The position numbers and the translations under genes are program-made. Shown here piece after piece: positions 5,981 to 16,000 of a stretch of 20,000 nt of DNA. Under the pieces are notes generated by a model that saw nothing but the letters and a program-made list of their open reading frames with translations, did not search any database and was not told the origin of the DNA. The stretch spans positions 54,568 through 74,567 of the IMG/VR virus record IMGVR_UViG_2609459885_000003; one strand, 5' to 3'. This DNA comes from an uncultured virus (IMG/VR IMGVR_UViG_2609459885_000003). Taxonomy: Duplodnaviria > Heunggongvirae > Uroviricota > Caudoviricetes. Position 1 is the first letter of the stretch. Every line of letters starts with the position of its first letter.

Positions 5981-8900
5981 ATGTCACAAAACGTAGAGTT
6001 TATCCTGTCGCTGGAAGACAAACAGTTTACGGCGTCAATCGACCGGGCGGGTAAATTACTTACCAAATTTGGCGAGCGGGCTACCAAACCGGCTCAAAAA
6101 ATTAAAAACCTCGAGCGCTCTCTGGGTTCGGTCTCCAGCATTCTTGGCGCTCTTGAAACCAGACTCAATTCTACGGCAGACAAACTACAGGACGTAGCTG
6201 CCGGTTTTGAACTCGTTTCCAACACCTCTCGAAAGGCACAACGTGAACTGTCCGCTATCAGCACTGATTTGCGGACATTCACAGATCGCGTTGATTCAGC
6301 CACATCGTCTACGCACAAGTTCCTGGCCTCATTGCGGAAGGTTCAGTCGGAACTCAATGAGTTTTCTGATTGGGTTAAATACGCAGGAGACCATGCCGGT
6401 AAATTCAACACTGAGATCAAGGGTGCCACTACTTCTCTTGGTGGAATGAACACCAGACTAAATGCGACCAGCAAGCGTCTGAGCAATTGGGGAACAACGA
6501 CAAGCCAGGCGGCCGAGGGGTTAAAAAAAGTCAAAGATCAGATGGATGGCGTTATTCGAAGCCAGCAGCTGATCAGCCGTCCGGTCAGGGTCAGAACAAC
6601 CACAAAGGGCGGGGGAGGCAGCGGAGGTGGCGCTGATCGATTTACCGCTGCGCCCCATCGCGGTGGTGGTCGTGAAAATGGCGTCTTCTCAGGATTACGC
6701 GGCAATATTTTCCTTCTGGGAGAAATTGGGGATGCGGCCAGAACGGTCACTGACATCCTGTTTGGTTGGCAGAAGCCGATCGTAGAGGCTGCGGCCGAGA
6801 TGCAGCGTATGCGTGTCATGTTGCGTGGGTTGAATAAGGATAAGGTCAATCCTGGAGAAGCCGCTGCTCAAGACATGCAGTATATCGTGAATATGGCGAA
6901 AAACGCTCCATTTGCGATGCAGGCTTTAACCGACTCATTTGTGAAGTTCCGTTCTGCTGGGCTCGATCCTACTGATGGCTCGTTAAAGGCACTGGTGGAC
7001 TCAGTCGCACGTTTTGGTGGCGATAGTGAGTTGCTTAAGCGAGCGGCGGTGGCTGTCCAACAGATGTCTGGTAAAGGCGTTGTGTCGATGGAAGAGCTCC
7101 GCCAGCAATTGGGTGAAGCGGTTCCAAATGCGATGAAGGCCATGGCAGATGCGGCCGGTATCACGATGGGTGAGCTAACCAAAGCCGTCTCCAGTGGGAC
7201 CGTTGAAGCGAAACAGGCTCTTTCATTGATGTTTGTTGGTTTGCGTGCGGAAAACGAAAATGCCGCCAAAGATATGATGCAAACCTACACCGGTGCGTTG
7301 GCGCAGCTGCAAACCTCTTTCACTCTGTTTGCTGATCGAGTGGGGCAGGCTGGATACCTTGACTCGCTGACCAAGGGGATGAAAGAGCTGGCGGCCGTAA
7401 TGAACAGCGCAGAAGGCATTTCGTTCGCTAATTCATTGGGAGAGGGGCTTACCACCGCGATTGATGGCCTGCGCGAGCTGGCGCAATGGTTGGCTAAGAA
7501 TCAGGAGTTGGTTATTACGCTGGGCAAAATTGTCGCCGGAATGGTGGCATTTAAAATGCTCAGAGCGGGCATTTTAGGTGTTGTCGGCGCCGGCGGCCAG
7601 ATGCTTTCCACCTTCATGAAGATGTCCACTGTAATCCAGACACCATTCACGCTGGGGGCGACGGCGGTCACTCGTTTCAATCGTGCTGCACGCATGGGAC
7701 TGGCACCAATCCCATCGCTCATTTTTGCCATTCGTGGTGCGATTACGGGGCTGAAAGGGGCATTCGCTGGGCTGACTGCGTTTATCGCAGCAAACCCGAT
7801 TGGTGCTGCGTTTACCGTTGCAGCTGTAGCAGTGGCTGGACTGATCAGCTATATGACCATGCTTCGCAACGAAACGTCCAAAGTCGTTGAGGAGATCCGC
7901 AAAATCCCCGAGGCGATGACAGCCGCCAAGCGGGCACAGATGGCGGATTACAAGGAACGTCTTGATCGCCAAATAGCTCAGAAGGAGCAGGAGCTAAATT
8001 CTGGTGAAAAAATGGTCTACGGACCAGGGGTGGCCGGAACCACTATCAAAATTGACCGTAAGAAGGTCGAGTCCGAACTGAGCGACCTTCGCAAACAACG
8101 CGATAGAGTTAGTGGGACTATTGATCTGGGGGACACTGCCGTCTCCAAACGTCTCGCAAAAGAGGCGGCTGAATCTCAGATTGAAAAAATCCGCGATGAA
8201 AACAAAGATTTTTCGGCCAAGTTCGTGAAAGCGCGCCAGGAAGCTTTGGAGAAAATTCAGAAGATCAATGACGACAAGTCATTGTCCGATGATGAAAAGA
8301 ACAAGCTGCTGGGGCCATTACGAGAAACGGTAAATAAATCTTATCTGGTACCAGCCCAAAAGTTGGTTGAGTCTTTATCATCGCGCAAGACCGCAACTGA
8401 AAAGCAGATCGCACACTTCAGCGATCTGCTGGAAAAGGCGAAAAAAGAAGGAAACACAGAACAGGTACAGAAGCTGCAGGGCAGTATTCGTGGCTATCAG
8501 GAACATCTTGAAACTGTTGCTCAGGAACTGACACAGGCTGAGTTTGAACGCGATAACGCGGCGAAAACCGGAAAGGGCGTGAAGACCAACCAGGGAACAG
8601 TGCTTGGGTTGGGCACCAGCGACAAAGGCGCTGATAAAGCGCTCGCGCAGTACATGCGCAACCAGATGGACTCTGCGGTTTACCAGCGCACGCTGCCTGA
8701 TGGCACACCAATGATGGATTTTGAAGGAAAACCTATCATTGGGCCGAAGCAGCTTAAAACCCAGCTTAACCTGCAGAAAGCCTCCACTGCATCGTCTCTG
8801 GAAAAGATGAGCGAGAAGGAGCGTGCAGCCGCCATAGCCGCACTAACCAAAGCTCGTGAACAGGATGCTGCTGCTGCCGAGAGGGCGGGGAAGCGTACCG

Positions 8901-10516
8901 CGAATGCCTCTGAACGCGCCGCGAAGAGGGAGGAAAGTGCGCAACAGAAGCTGGCTGCCGGCTTCCAGAAGGCTCTGGATAAAGCTGATCAGCTCATGGG
9001 GCAAATGGGCGAAAGTTCAAAGGCCACCGTGTCGTTTGATCAGTCGCTGCGTGATGTCACTAAGTCACTAACCGATCTTGCAAACGCCACGCCTAACGAG
9101 TTTATCTCGCAGGAGATGGTTGACCAGGCTAAAAAACGTCTCGCGGATTTGAGGAACGCTACCCCCGAATACCGTGAAATGTTTAATCGCCGCAACGTCG
9201 AGCAAATGATCAGCGCTTGGGCGCCGGAATCGGATTCGATTATCAGCGCAGGCTTGATGCAAAGCCATGAGGAGAAGGCTGCCGAGTTTTCGGATACCTA
9301 CAACCGCAATCTTAAGGCGCTGATCGAGCTGCGTGATAAGGCGACTGACCCGAAAATCATCTCGCTTTACAACAAGCAGCTTAATCAGCTGGTGGCCGCT
9401 GGCAATAATGCGCTGATTAAGCAAACAGGCACAGCGACCCAGCAGTTGGCTCTGGAATATGAAAACCTGGCTGACCAGATCGAAGGTACCTGGACAGATC
9501 TGTTTAGCGGTTTAACTGACACGCTTACTGACTTTGTTGTTAACGGGAAGATGAGCATCTCCAGTCTGGCCACATCGTTCCTTAAAGACATCACCAACAT
9601 GGTCGTGAAGACTCAGATCACTCTGCCTCTCATGAATATGTTGGGAATGGGAACGACAAACGCTGGCAATGCACAAAGTGGAAATCTCATGAATGGCGTA
9701 GCGTCTGCGATCGCTAATCAAGGGGTTCAGCTAGGTAATTCTGGTGTGTCGGTGGCCAATGGGGATAAATCTGTCGGCGAGGCCACTAAGGAGACAGCCT
9801 CCGGCGTGAACTCTATGGGGCAAGCGTCTCAGAATGCGGCCAGTGGTTTAAGTCAGGCGGTGAATGGCGTCTGGGACTGGACTAAGTCATTGTTCACCGG
9901 TACTGACGCTACAAAAGATCAAACCAAAGCGGTTAACAGCAGCATCCTCAGTATGGGGAATCTGTCTACCGCGGCTGGGGCGCTGGCAGCTACATTCGCC
10001 ATGGTAGGTGCTTCGTCGTCGAGTTCGTCCAGCCGTTGGCTAAATTTCGGTCTGTCACTGGCCAGTACCGCAGTGTCCGCCTGGGCTGGGTCAGCTTCAT
10101 CGTCTTCATCTGAGCCAAAGCCTAATGTGAAGAAACACGCCAATGGCGGCATCTTTGGCAAGGAAGGGGTTGTACCTCTGAGAGCCTATCAGAAAGGCGG
10201 AATCGCCACCTCACCGCAGTTGGCGATGTTTGGCGAGGGCTCAATGAATGAGGCTTACGTACCGCTGCCAGATGGTCGAACCATTCCAGTCACACTTTCT
10301 GCAGAGTCGGCTGGAAAGAGTACGGGTAACGCGGTGTCCCCTGTCTCAATTCAAATCAATGTGACCAAGGATGGACGAACCAGCGAGAGCAGCAGTGGAA
10401 GCGAGAGCAATCTCTGGAACGGTGCAGCGCGGCAAATTAAGTCGATTGTGCTTGAGACGATTGCCGAAGAGAAACGTTCTGGTGGTTCACTTAATCCGCA
10501 TACCACCAGAGGGTAG
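5981..10516 (+). CDS. Tail tape measure protein (1511 aa)
   Basis: ATG 5981 with SD AAGGGA. Ala/Gly-rich and helical, with a tape-measure core ('NAPFAMQALTDSFVKF...QMSGKGVVSMEELRQQLGEAVP'), central hydrophobic segments and a typical C-terminus ('HANGGI...MFGEG..EAYVPL'). Confidence 0.92.
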   Translation: MSQNVEFILSLEDKQFTASIDRAGKLLTKFGERATKPAQKIKNLERSLGSVSSILGALETRLNSTADKLQDVAAGFELVSNTSRKAQRELSAISTDLRTFTDRVDSATSSTHKFLASLRKVQSELNEFSDWVKYAGDHAGKFNTEIKGATTSLGGMNTRLNATSKRLSNWGTTTSQAAEGLKKVKDQMDGVIRSQQLISRPVRVRTTTKGGGGSGGGADRFTAAPHRGGGRENGVFSGLRGNIFLLGEIGDAARTVTDILFGWQKPIVEAAAEMQRMRVMLRGLNKDKVNPGEAAAQDMQYIVNMAKNAPFAMQALTDSFVKFRSAGLDPTDGSLKALVDSVARFGGDSELLKRAAVAVQQMSGKGVVSMEELRQQLGEAVPNAMKAMADAAGITMGELTKAVSSGTVEAKQALSLMFVGLRAENENAAKDMMQTYTGALAQLQTSFTLFADRVGQAGYLDSLTKGMKELAAVMNSAEGISFANSLGEGLTTAIDGLRELAQWLAKNQELVITLGKIVAGMVAFKMLRAGILGVVGAGGQMLSTFMKMSTVIQTPFTLGATAVTRFNRAARMGLAPIPSLIFAIRGAITGLKGAFAGLTAFIAANPIGAAFTVAAVAVAGLISYMTMLRNETSKVVEEIRKIPEAMTAAKRAQMADYKERLDRQIAQKEQELNSGEKMVYGPGVAGTTIKIDRKKVESELSDLRKQRDRVSGTIDLGDTAVSKRLAKEAAESQIEKIRDENKDFSAKFVKARQEALEKIQKINDDKSLSDDEKNKLLGPLRETVNKSYLVPAQKLVESLSSRKTATEKQIAHFSDLLEKAKKEGNTEQVQKLQGSIRGYQEHLETVAQELTQAEFERDNAAKTGKGVKTNQGTVLGLGTSDKGADKALAQYMRNQMDSAVYQRTLPDGTPMMDFEGKPIIGPKQLKTQLNLQKASTASSLEKMSEKERAAAIAALTKAREQDAAAAERAGKRTANASERAAKREESAQQKLAAGFQKALDKADQLMGQMGESSKATVSFDQSLRDVTKSLTDLANATPNEFISQEMVDQAKKRLADLRNATPEYREMFNRRNVEQMISAWAPESDSIISAGLMQSHEEKAAEFSDTYNRNLKALIELRDKATDPKIISLYNKQLNQLVAAGNNALIKQTGTATQQLALEYENLADQIEGTWTDLFSGLTDTLTDFVVNGKMSISSLATSFLKDITNMVVKTQITLPLMNMLGMGTTNAGNAQSGNLMNGVASAIANQGVQLGNSGVSVANGDKSVGEATKETASGVNSMGQASQNAASGLSQAVNGVWDWTKSLFTGTDATKDQTKAVNSSILSMGNLSTAAGALAATFAMVGASSSSSSSRWLNFGLSLASTAVSAWAGSASSSSSEPKPNVKKHANGGIFGKEGVVPLRAYQKGGIATSPQLAMFGEGSMNEAYVPLPDGRTIPVTLSAESAGKSTGNAVSPVSIQINVTKDGRTSESSSGSESNLWNGAARQIKSIVLETIAEEKRSGGSLNPHTTRG

Positions 10517-10523
10517 TAAAGCC

Positions 10524-10543
10524 GGCCGCCTTAGCGGGCGGCC
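10524..10543 (+). promoter_or_regulatory. GC-rich intergenic hairpin after the tape measure gene
   Basis: GGCCGCC-TTAGCG-GGCGGCC; no U-tract on the + strand. Confidence 0.4.
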
Positions 10544-10559
10544 ATAACAAGGAAGTGAT

Positions 10560-10895
10560 ATGTCGAGGAAAGTATTTAATTGGTATCCAGATTATGAGTC
10601 TGAGAAAACCGTAAAGCCTAACGTGACCGTGCTGAACTACGGCGATGATTACGAGCAGCGCCAGTCGCAGGGGATCAATCGGATTAAAGAAGAGTGGTCT
10701 CTCACGTTCACCCGCAGCCATGACGTGGTAAACGACGTTGATGACTTTTTGACTGCCCGCGCAGGGGTGGAGTCATTCATTTGGACTAACCCAAGAGGCA
10801 AAGCAATTATCGTGGTTTGTGATAGCCATACGGTAAAGCGTTACCCAGGCTATCAAGTGCTTACGGCAACATTTAGACAGGTTTTTGAGTCTTAA
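10560..10895 (+). CDS. Minor tail / distal tail protein (lambda gpM-like)
   Basis: 'YGDDYEQRQSQGIN', 'FLTARAGVESFIWTNP' and 'LTATFRQVF' match the gpM family; follows the tape measure gene. Confidence 0.88.
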   Translation: MSRKVFNWYPDYESEKTVKPNVTVLNYGDDYEQRQSQGINRIKEEWSLTFTRSHDVVNDVDDFLTARAGVESFIWTNPRGKAIIVVCDSHTVKRYPGYQVLTATFRQVFES

Positions 10896-10908
10896 TTTGC
10901 GACTATAG

Positions 10909-10931
10909 ATAAGTAAGTGCTTATCTATTAT
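10909..10931 (+). promoter_or_regulatory. Copy 3 of the palindromic operator/late-promoter motif
   Basis: ATAAGTAAGTGCTTATCTAT followed by TAT, giving a -10-like TATTAT at 10926-10931. Upstream of the L-K-I-J genes. Confidence 0.65.
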
Positions 10932-10937
10932 TATATA

Positions 10938-10968
10938 TCAACGTCACAGGATGTGACGTTGAGTTTTT
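10938..10968 (+). promoter_or_regulatory. 11-bp hairpin with GGA loop followed by a T-run (CsrA-like site and/or attenuator)
   Basis: TCAACGTCACA-GGA-TGTGACGTTGA then GTTTTT. Confidence 0.55.
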
Positions 10969-10981
10969 CAAGGATGAAGTG

Positions 10982-11680
10982 ATGGGTATTAGAGCTGATA
11001 TTCAGAGTTTATCGCCTTCTGCGCTCATTGAGTTGTTCGAGCTGGATATGTCGGTGACAACCTCCGGCGGCAAGTTGTATTTCCATGCCGGCACCAACGG
11101 GCTTAGCCAGCCAATTGTCTGGCAGGGGGTTTCCTATGAGCCGTGGCCAATTAAAGCGTCTGGCTTTGATAAAAGCGGTCAGGGAACACTTCCTCGTCCA
11201 AAGATTCAGGTTTCCAACTACGACGGTGTAATTTCTGCGGAGCTGCAGGCCAATGACGATCTGATTGGCTGCAAAATCATTCGCAAGATGACGCTGGCAC
11301 GTTTTCTGGACGCGGTGAACTTTCCGGATGGAAACCCGACCGCAGACCCAAGTCAGCATTTTGCTGATGAAATGTGGTTCGTCGAACAGAAGACCCTGGA
11401 GACGCACCAGTATGTCGAATTCGAGCTGTCCAGCGTCTTGGATCTGATGGGCGTTCAACTGCCGTATCGTCAGATCATCAAAAACAGCTGCCCGTGGAAA
11501 TATCGCGGAACAGAGTGTGGCTACACCGGCCCATATTTCGACAAAAACAACCAGCAAACCTCTTTGGCCGGCGCCGACTACTGCACCAAGCGTTACGACG
11601 CCTGTAATGCTCGTCGCAACTACTTCGCGAATGGCGTTATTCATTTTGGCGGATTTATTGGGGCGACACGATATGAGTAA
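10982..11680 (+). CDS. Tail tip protein L (lambda gpL-like, Fe-S cluster cysteines)
   Basis: Motifs 'IELFELD', 'GTLPRPKIQVSN' and 'RKMTLARFLDAVNF'. C-terminal CPWKYRGTEC...C.K....C carries four Cys. Confidence 0.92.
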   Translation: MGIRADIQSLSPSALIELFELDMSVTTSGGKLYFHAGTNGLSQPIVWQGVSYEPWPIKASGFDKSGQGTLPRPKIQVSNYDGVISAELQANDDLIGCKIIRKMTLARFLDAVNFPDGNPTADPSQHFADEMWFVEQKTLETHQYVEFELSSVLDLMGVQLPYRQIIKNSCPWKYRGTECGYTGPYFDKNNQQTSLAGADYCTKRYDACNARRNYFANGVIHFGGFIGATRYE

Positions 11681-12470
11681 CCAGACGTTACCTGAGCTGG
11701 GCTCAGAAGTCATGCAGGATATCTATCGTTGCGCTATCCAACGTTACCCGAATGAAGCGTGTGGCTTTCTGGTACGCACACAGGGTGAGAAATATCGCTT
11801 TATGGAAGCGATGAATGTCTCTGAAACGCCACGTGAGGATTTTGTCATGCGTGCCAGCGACATTATTGCGGCCGAAGATGCTGGGGAAGTGATCGCTATT
11901 TGGCACTCTCACGTGGAGCGCAGCGCAGAGGCGTCAGACCCGGATCGCTCCGGGTGCGAGGCGACGGAACTACCGTGGATGATTCTGGCAATTCGCAAAA
12001 ATGTGGAAAGCGATATGCCATTCCACTTTAGCGAAATGAACGTCATTTATCCGTGTGGTTTTGAGATGCCCTACCTCGGGCGCCCATACGTATTCGGTGT
12101 GTTTGATTGCTGGATGCTGTGCCGCGATTACCTAAAGCGTGAATTTGACGTTGAGCTGAATGCAAACGCCCACCTGCATATTCCTTCCTGGTACACGGGG
12201 GACAACGACATCCTCGACCAGAACTACCGAAATGAAGGACTTGTCCGCATGGCGCCGGGGACGGAGCCCCAGCGCGGCGACATCTTCTTCATCCAGTACG
12301 GGAAAATGCCAGATCACTGCGCGGTATACATCGGCGACGGCATGATCATGCATCACCAGATCGACCGTCTCAGCTGTCGGGCTTATTACGGTGGGATGTA
12401 TCAGAAGCATACGACGCATCACCTGCGTCACAGGGATTTACTCAAGGGAGACGAGACGTGTCTGAATTAG
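11673..12470 (+). CDS. Tail tip assembly protein K (JAB/MPN metalloprotease + NlpC/P60 domains)
   Basis: ATG 11673 overlaps the end of L. JAB motif 'PNEACG...WHSH......S..D'. NlpC/P60 motifs 'GVFDCW' and 'DHCAVYIG'. Confidence 0.92.
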   Translation: MSNQTLPELGSEVMQDIYRCAIQRYPNEACGFLVRTQGEKYRFMEAMNVSETPREDFVMRASDIIAAEDAGEVIAIWHSHVERSAEASDPDRSGCEATELPWMILAIRKNVESDMPFHFSEMNVIYPCGFEMPYLGRPYVFGVFDCWMLCRDYLKREFDVELNANAHLHIPSWYTGDNDILDQNYRNEGLVRMAPGTEPQRGDIFFIQYGKMPDHCAVYIGDGMIMHHQIDRLSCRAYYGGMYQKHTTHHLRHRDLLKGDETCLN

Positions 12471-13069
12471 TTCATGTTCAGCTCGGCGGTGCGATGGCAA
12501 AGAACTTTGGCCGCCACTGGAAATTGAAGGTGCGCAACACCAAACAAGCCATCGATTTGATTGAGGCGAATCGCCCGGGCTTTAAAGCCTGGATTAAGCG
12601 TAACCGTAACCACTTCGATAAGTACCACATCCAGGTCACAAATAAGCAGGGCCACAAGTGGTCAATGGACGACACCGAATACCAGATGATGGGCGAGTCG
12701 GAAAATATCGCAAAAATCCGCATTACTCCCGTACCACGTGGCAGCGGTGGTAAGGCGTTTGGGTGGTTCCAGACTTTCGTGGGCGCCGCGATGATCGCTG
12801 TCGGCGCTCTGGCCTCTGGGCTGACTTTTGGTGCGTCTTCCGCGCTGGTGATGGGAGGGATGTCATTGATGATGGGCGGTGTGTCCATGCTGATTTCGCC
12901 GCAGGCATCAAATGCGTCTGTCAGACAGGCGGATAACACGGATTCGTTTTATTTCGATGGGCCTCAAAACACCAGCAACCAGGGAAACCCGGTTCAGCTT
13001 AATTACGGCGAGGAAATTTTAGTTGGCTCACAGATTGTGAGTTCTTCAATCACCATAGACCAACTGTAA
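12458..13069 (+). CDS. Tail assembly protein I (lambda gpI-like, ubiquitin-like N-terminal domain)
   Basis: GTG start. Motifs 'LGGAMAKNFGR' and 'IRITPVPRGSGG', a hydrophobic Gly-rich segment, and 'NTSNQGNPVQLNYGEEILVGSQIVS'. Confidence 0.9.
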   Translation: MSELVHVQLGGAMAKNFGRHWKLKVRNTKQAIDLIEANRPGFKAWIKRNRNHFDKYHIQVTNKQGHKWSMDDTEYQMMGESENIAKIRITPVPRGSGGKAFGWFQTFVGAAMIAVGALASGLTFGASSALVMGGMSLMMGGVSMLISPQASNASVRQADNTDSFYFDGPQNTSNQGNPVQLNYGEEILVGSQIVSSSITIDQL

Positions 13070-13085
13070 GGGAAGTTTTTTGAAC

Positions 13086-16000
13086 ATGGATCAGTTCAAG
13101 AAAAAGAGATTGCCCCTCCTGATTGCGGGAGCGGGCGGCAAAAAGAGCTCAGGCTCAAGCCGTACACCAGTTGAAGCGGATGATACCGTTAATTCTCGTA
13201 CCATGGCGTCTATCCTCGATCTGCTCGGGGAAGGTGTTGTTGGTGGGTTGATTGACGGTGCTAAATCTATCTTCGTCGATGGTGTGGCGCTACAGAACGA
13301 AGACGGTTCATTCAACCGTTCCGGTGTAACTTGGGATTTCCGGGATGGTTCGCAAGACCAAAGCCCGATGCCTGGTTTCGATTTTGTCGAAACGCCAAAG
13401 GCCGTTAATACACAGCTGAAAACCACAAACGCGGTTACGGTCGCCATCGATAACGACGATGCTGATCGTGTTCGAGTGATCATGAAGTTCCCGTCGCTGC
13501 GGAACATTGACAAGAAAACAGGGGACACAAACGGTACTTCGGTCCAGTTTAAGTTCCAGCTGGCCAACGGCAATGGCTCTTTCTATGACGTGATTGCTGC
13601 AGGTGAGAGCAGCTCTGACGTGACGCTGACTGCGAAAAAGACTGGTGTCTACTACCGCAGTTACGAAATCCAGCTTCCAAAGCCTGGGCGTGCCTATAAA
13701 GTGCGCGTGCTTCGTCTCTCCGCCGACAGCAACGATCAGTATCTCTTTAACGATACCTGGGTCGACTCTATCGGTGAGATCGTTGACACCCCAATGAACT
13801 ACCCGAACTCCGTTCTGGTTGGCCTTAAGGTTAACTCTGAGCAGTTTGGTAGCTCTATGCCGTCACGTTCGTATCTTATCCGTGGCCTCAAAATCCGTGT
13901 GCCTTCGAATTATGATGAAAACACGAACACTTATAACGGCGTTTGGGATGGAACCTTTAAACTTCTGTCGTCTTCCAACCCTGCCTGGATTCTGTTCGAT
14001 CTGCTGACCAATGCTCGTTATGGCCTCGGCAAATTTGTTTCGGAGTCAATGATTGACCTTGGCCAGCTTTATCAGATCGGTCGCTACTGCGACGAAGAGG
14101 TTGATGATGGCTTTGGCGGCAAAGAAAAACGCTTTGCAATCAACACCCAGATCACCAGTCGTCAGGACGCTTATCGTCTGATTCAGGATATTGCCGGCGC
14201 TTTCCGTGGCATGGTTTTCTGGGCTGGTGGCATGGTGAATATCATGCAGGACAGCCCGTCTGACCCTGTCATGCTGTTTACCAACGCAAACGTAAAAGAT
14301 GGCCTGTTTACCTATAAAGGCTCAGCTCGAAAAGACCGGCCGTCCGTAGCGTTGATCACTTATAACAACAAACAAGACGGCTATAAGCAGAACGTTGAGT
14401 ATGTTGAAGATCAGGAAGCGATGGCCCGATACGGGGAGCGCAAGACCGAGGCCGTTGCGTTCGGATGCACCAGCCGAGGTCAGGCTCATCGTGTAGGTTT
14501 GTGGCTGCTCTATACCGCGCGTATGGAGTCAGACATGATCACCTTTACCGCGGGCCTGGACGCCTCGTTCCTGATGCCGGGCGAAACCGTTCTGATCCAG
14601 AACAAATATCGTGCCGGCAAACGCAATTCCGGTCGCATTGTCTCTTTCACCAAAAACAGCATCACCCTCGATGCGCCTGTCTCTCTGAAAAAGAGCGGTA
14701 GCTTCATCCGTATCATCAATCAGGAAGGCAAAATCGTTGAGCGAGACATCAACGAGACCGGCGACAACATCACTAAAGTTACCTTCAAGACGGCGTTGGC
14801 CACAGCCGATCAACCAGTAGCGAATGGCGTCTGGACGATCACCGAACCAGACCTGGTTCCAATGCGGGCGCGCGTTGTCGCTATCGCACAAGGTGAAACC
14901 CCGGGGTCGTTTGATATCACGGTGGTGCAGAACAATGCATCTAAGTACCAGGCGATTGATAACGGGGCCGCGCTCGTTCCAGAAAATACGACGGTTCTTG
15001 ATCCCACATATTCCAAACCGAGCAATCTGGTCATCTCAGAAGGCACCTATCTGTCCAGTCCGGGCAACTTGTCCGTGAAGCTGATGCTTGCCTGGGAAGG
15101 TAAATCACCAGAATACTGGGTCAGCTGGCGCCGCTCCGACGAGGGCAACGTCTCCAACTGGCAATCTGTCCGAGCCACGGAAGAACAATATGAAATCGTC
15201 AATGTTGCCGAAAATGGGCGATATGACTTCCAGCTGTATTCCGTTTCCTTCGGCGGCAAAAAATCCGAGATCATTACTGCTGTCTATCAGGTAAAAGGCA
15301 CGATGACGCCGCCAGGGGCGCCCACATCACTGACCGCGGTGGGGGATTATCGTAACGTGGTATTGAATTGGGTTAACCCTGATTCAGTCGACCTCGCGCA
15401 GATCAACGTGTATGCGTCCAAAACAAATAAGCTGGACACCGCGACACTCATTGCTCAGGCCGCCACAACGACTTTCACTCACGCTGGGCTGGGTGACAAC
15501 GAGACCTGGTATTACTGGATTCGTGCGGTAAACAAACGTGGGATGGTAGGCCAGCCGAACTCGAACCTCGGTACAGAGGCCACCACTCGCGACGTATTGT
15601 CTTTCCTGAAAGATAAGATCACATCTTCTGAACTCGGCAAGGAGCTGCTCGACGAAATCGACAGCAAAGCCACTCAGGAGGCGGTAGACAACGCCATTGG
15701 CGAGGTTCAGAACTCAGTCAACGAGTCTATTCAGCAAGTTGAAAACGACCTTGCGCAAACCTCCTCCGAAATTAAGGCGCAGGTTGACTCTGTCAATCAG
15801 TCGCTGAAAGAGAACATTGATACTGTCAATCAGACAATTGTCGACAATATCGATACGGTCAACCAGACGATCAATACCAACATCTCCAATGTAAACAGCC
15901 AAATTGAAGCTGCAAAACAGTCGATTAAAGACGGCGACGATGCTCTGTCGCAGGAGATTAAGAAAGCGCAGTCATCACTGACAACGTCGCTGTCCCAGAC

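Noticed and set aside
11517..11672. Longer N-terminus for gpK, and similarly the track starts at 1830, 3951 and 5960
   Set aside because: These extensions overlap upstream genes or hairpins; downstream ATGs with SDs or coupled stops fit better.
11009..11713. 234-aa minus-strand ORF opposite gpL
   Set aside because: Fully overlaps a clearly conserved gene; shadow ORF.
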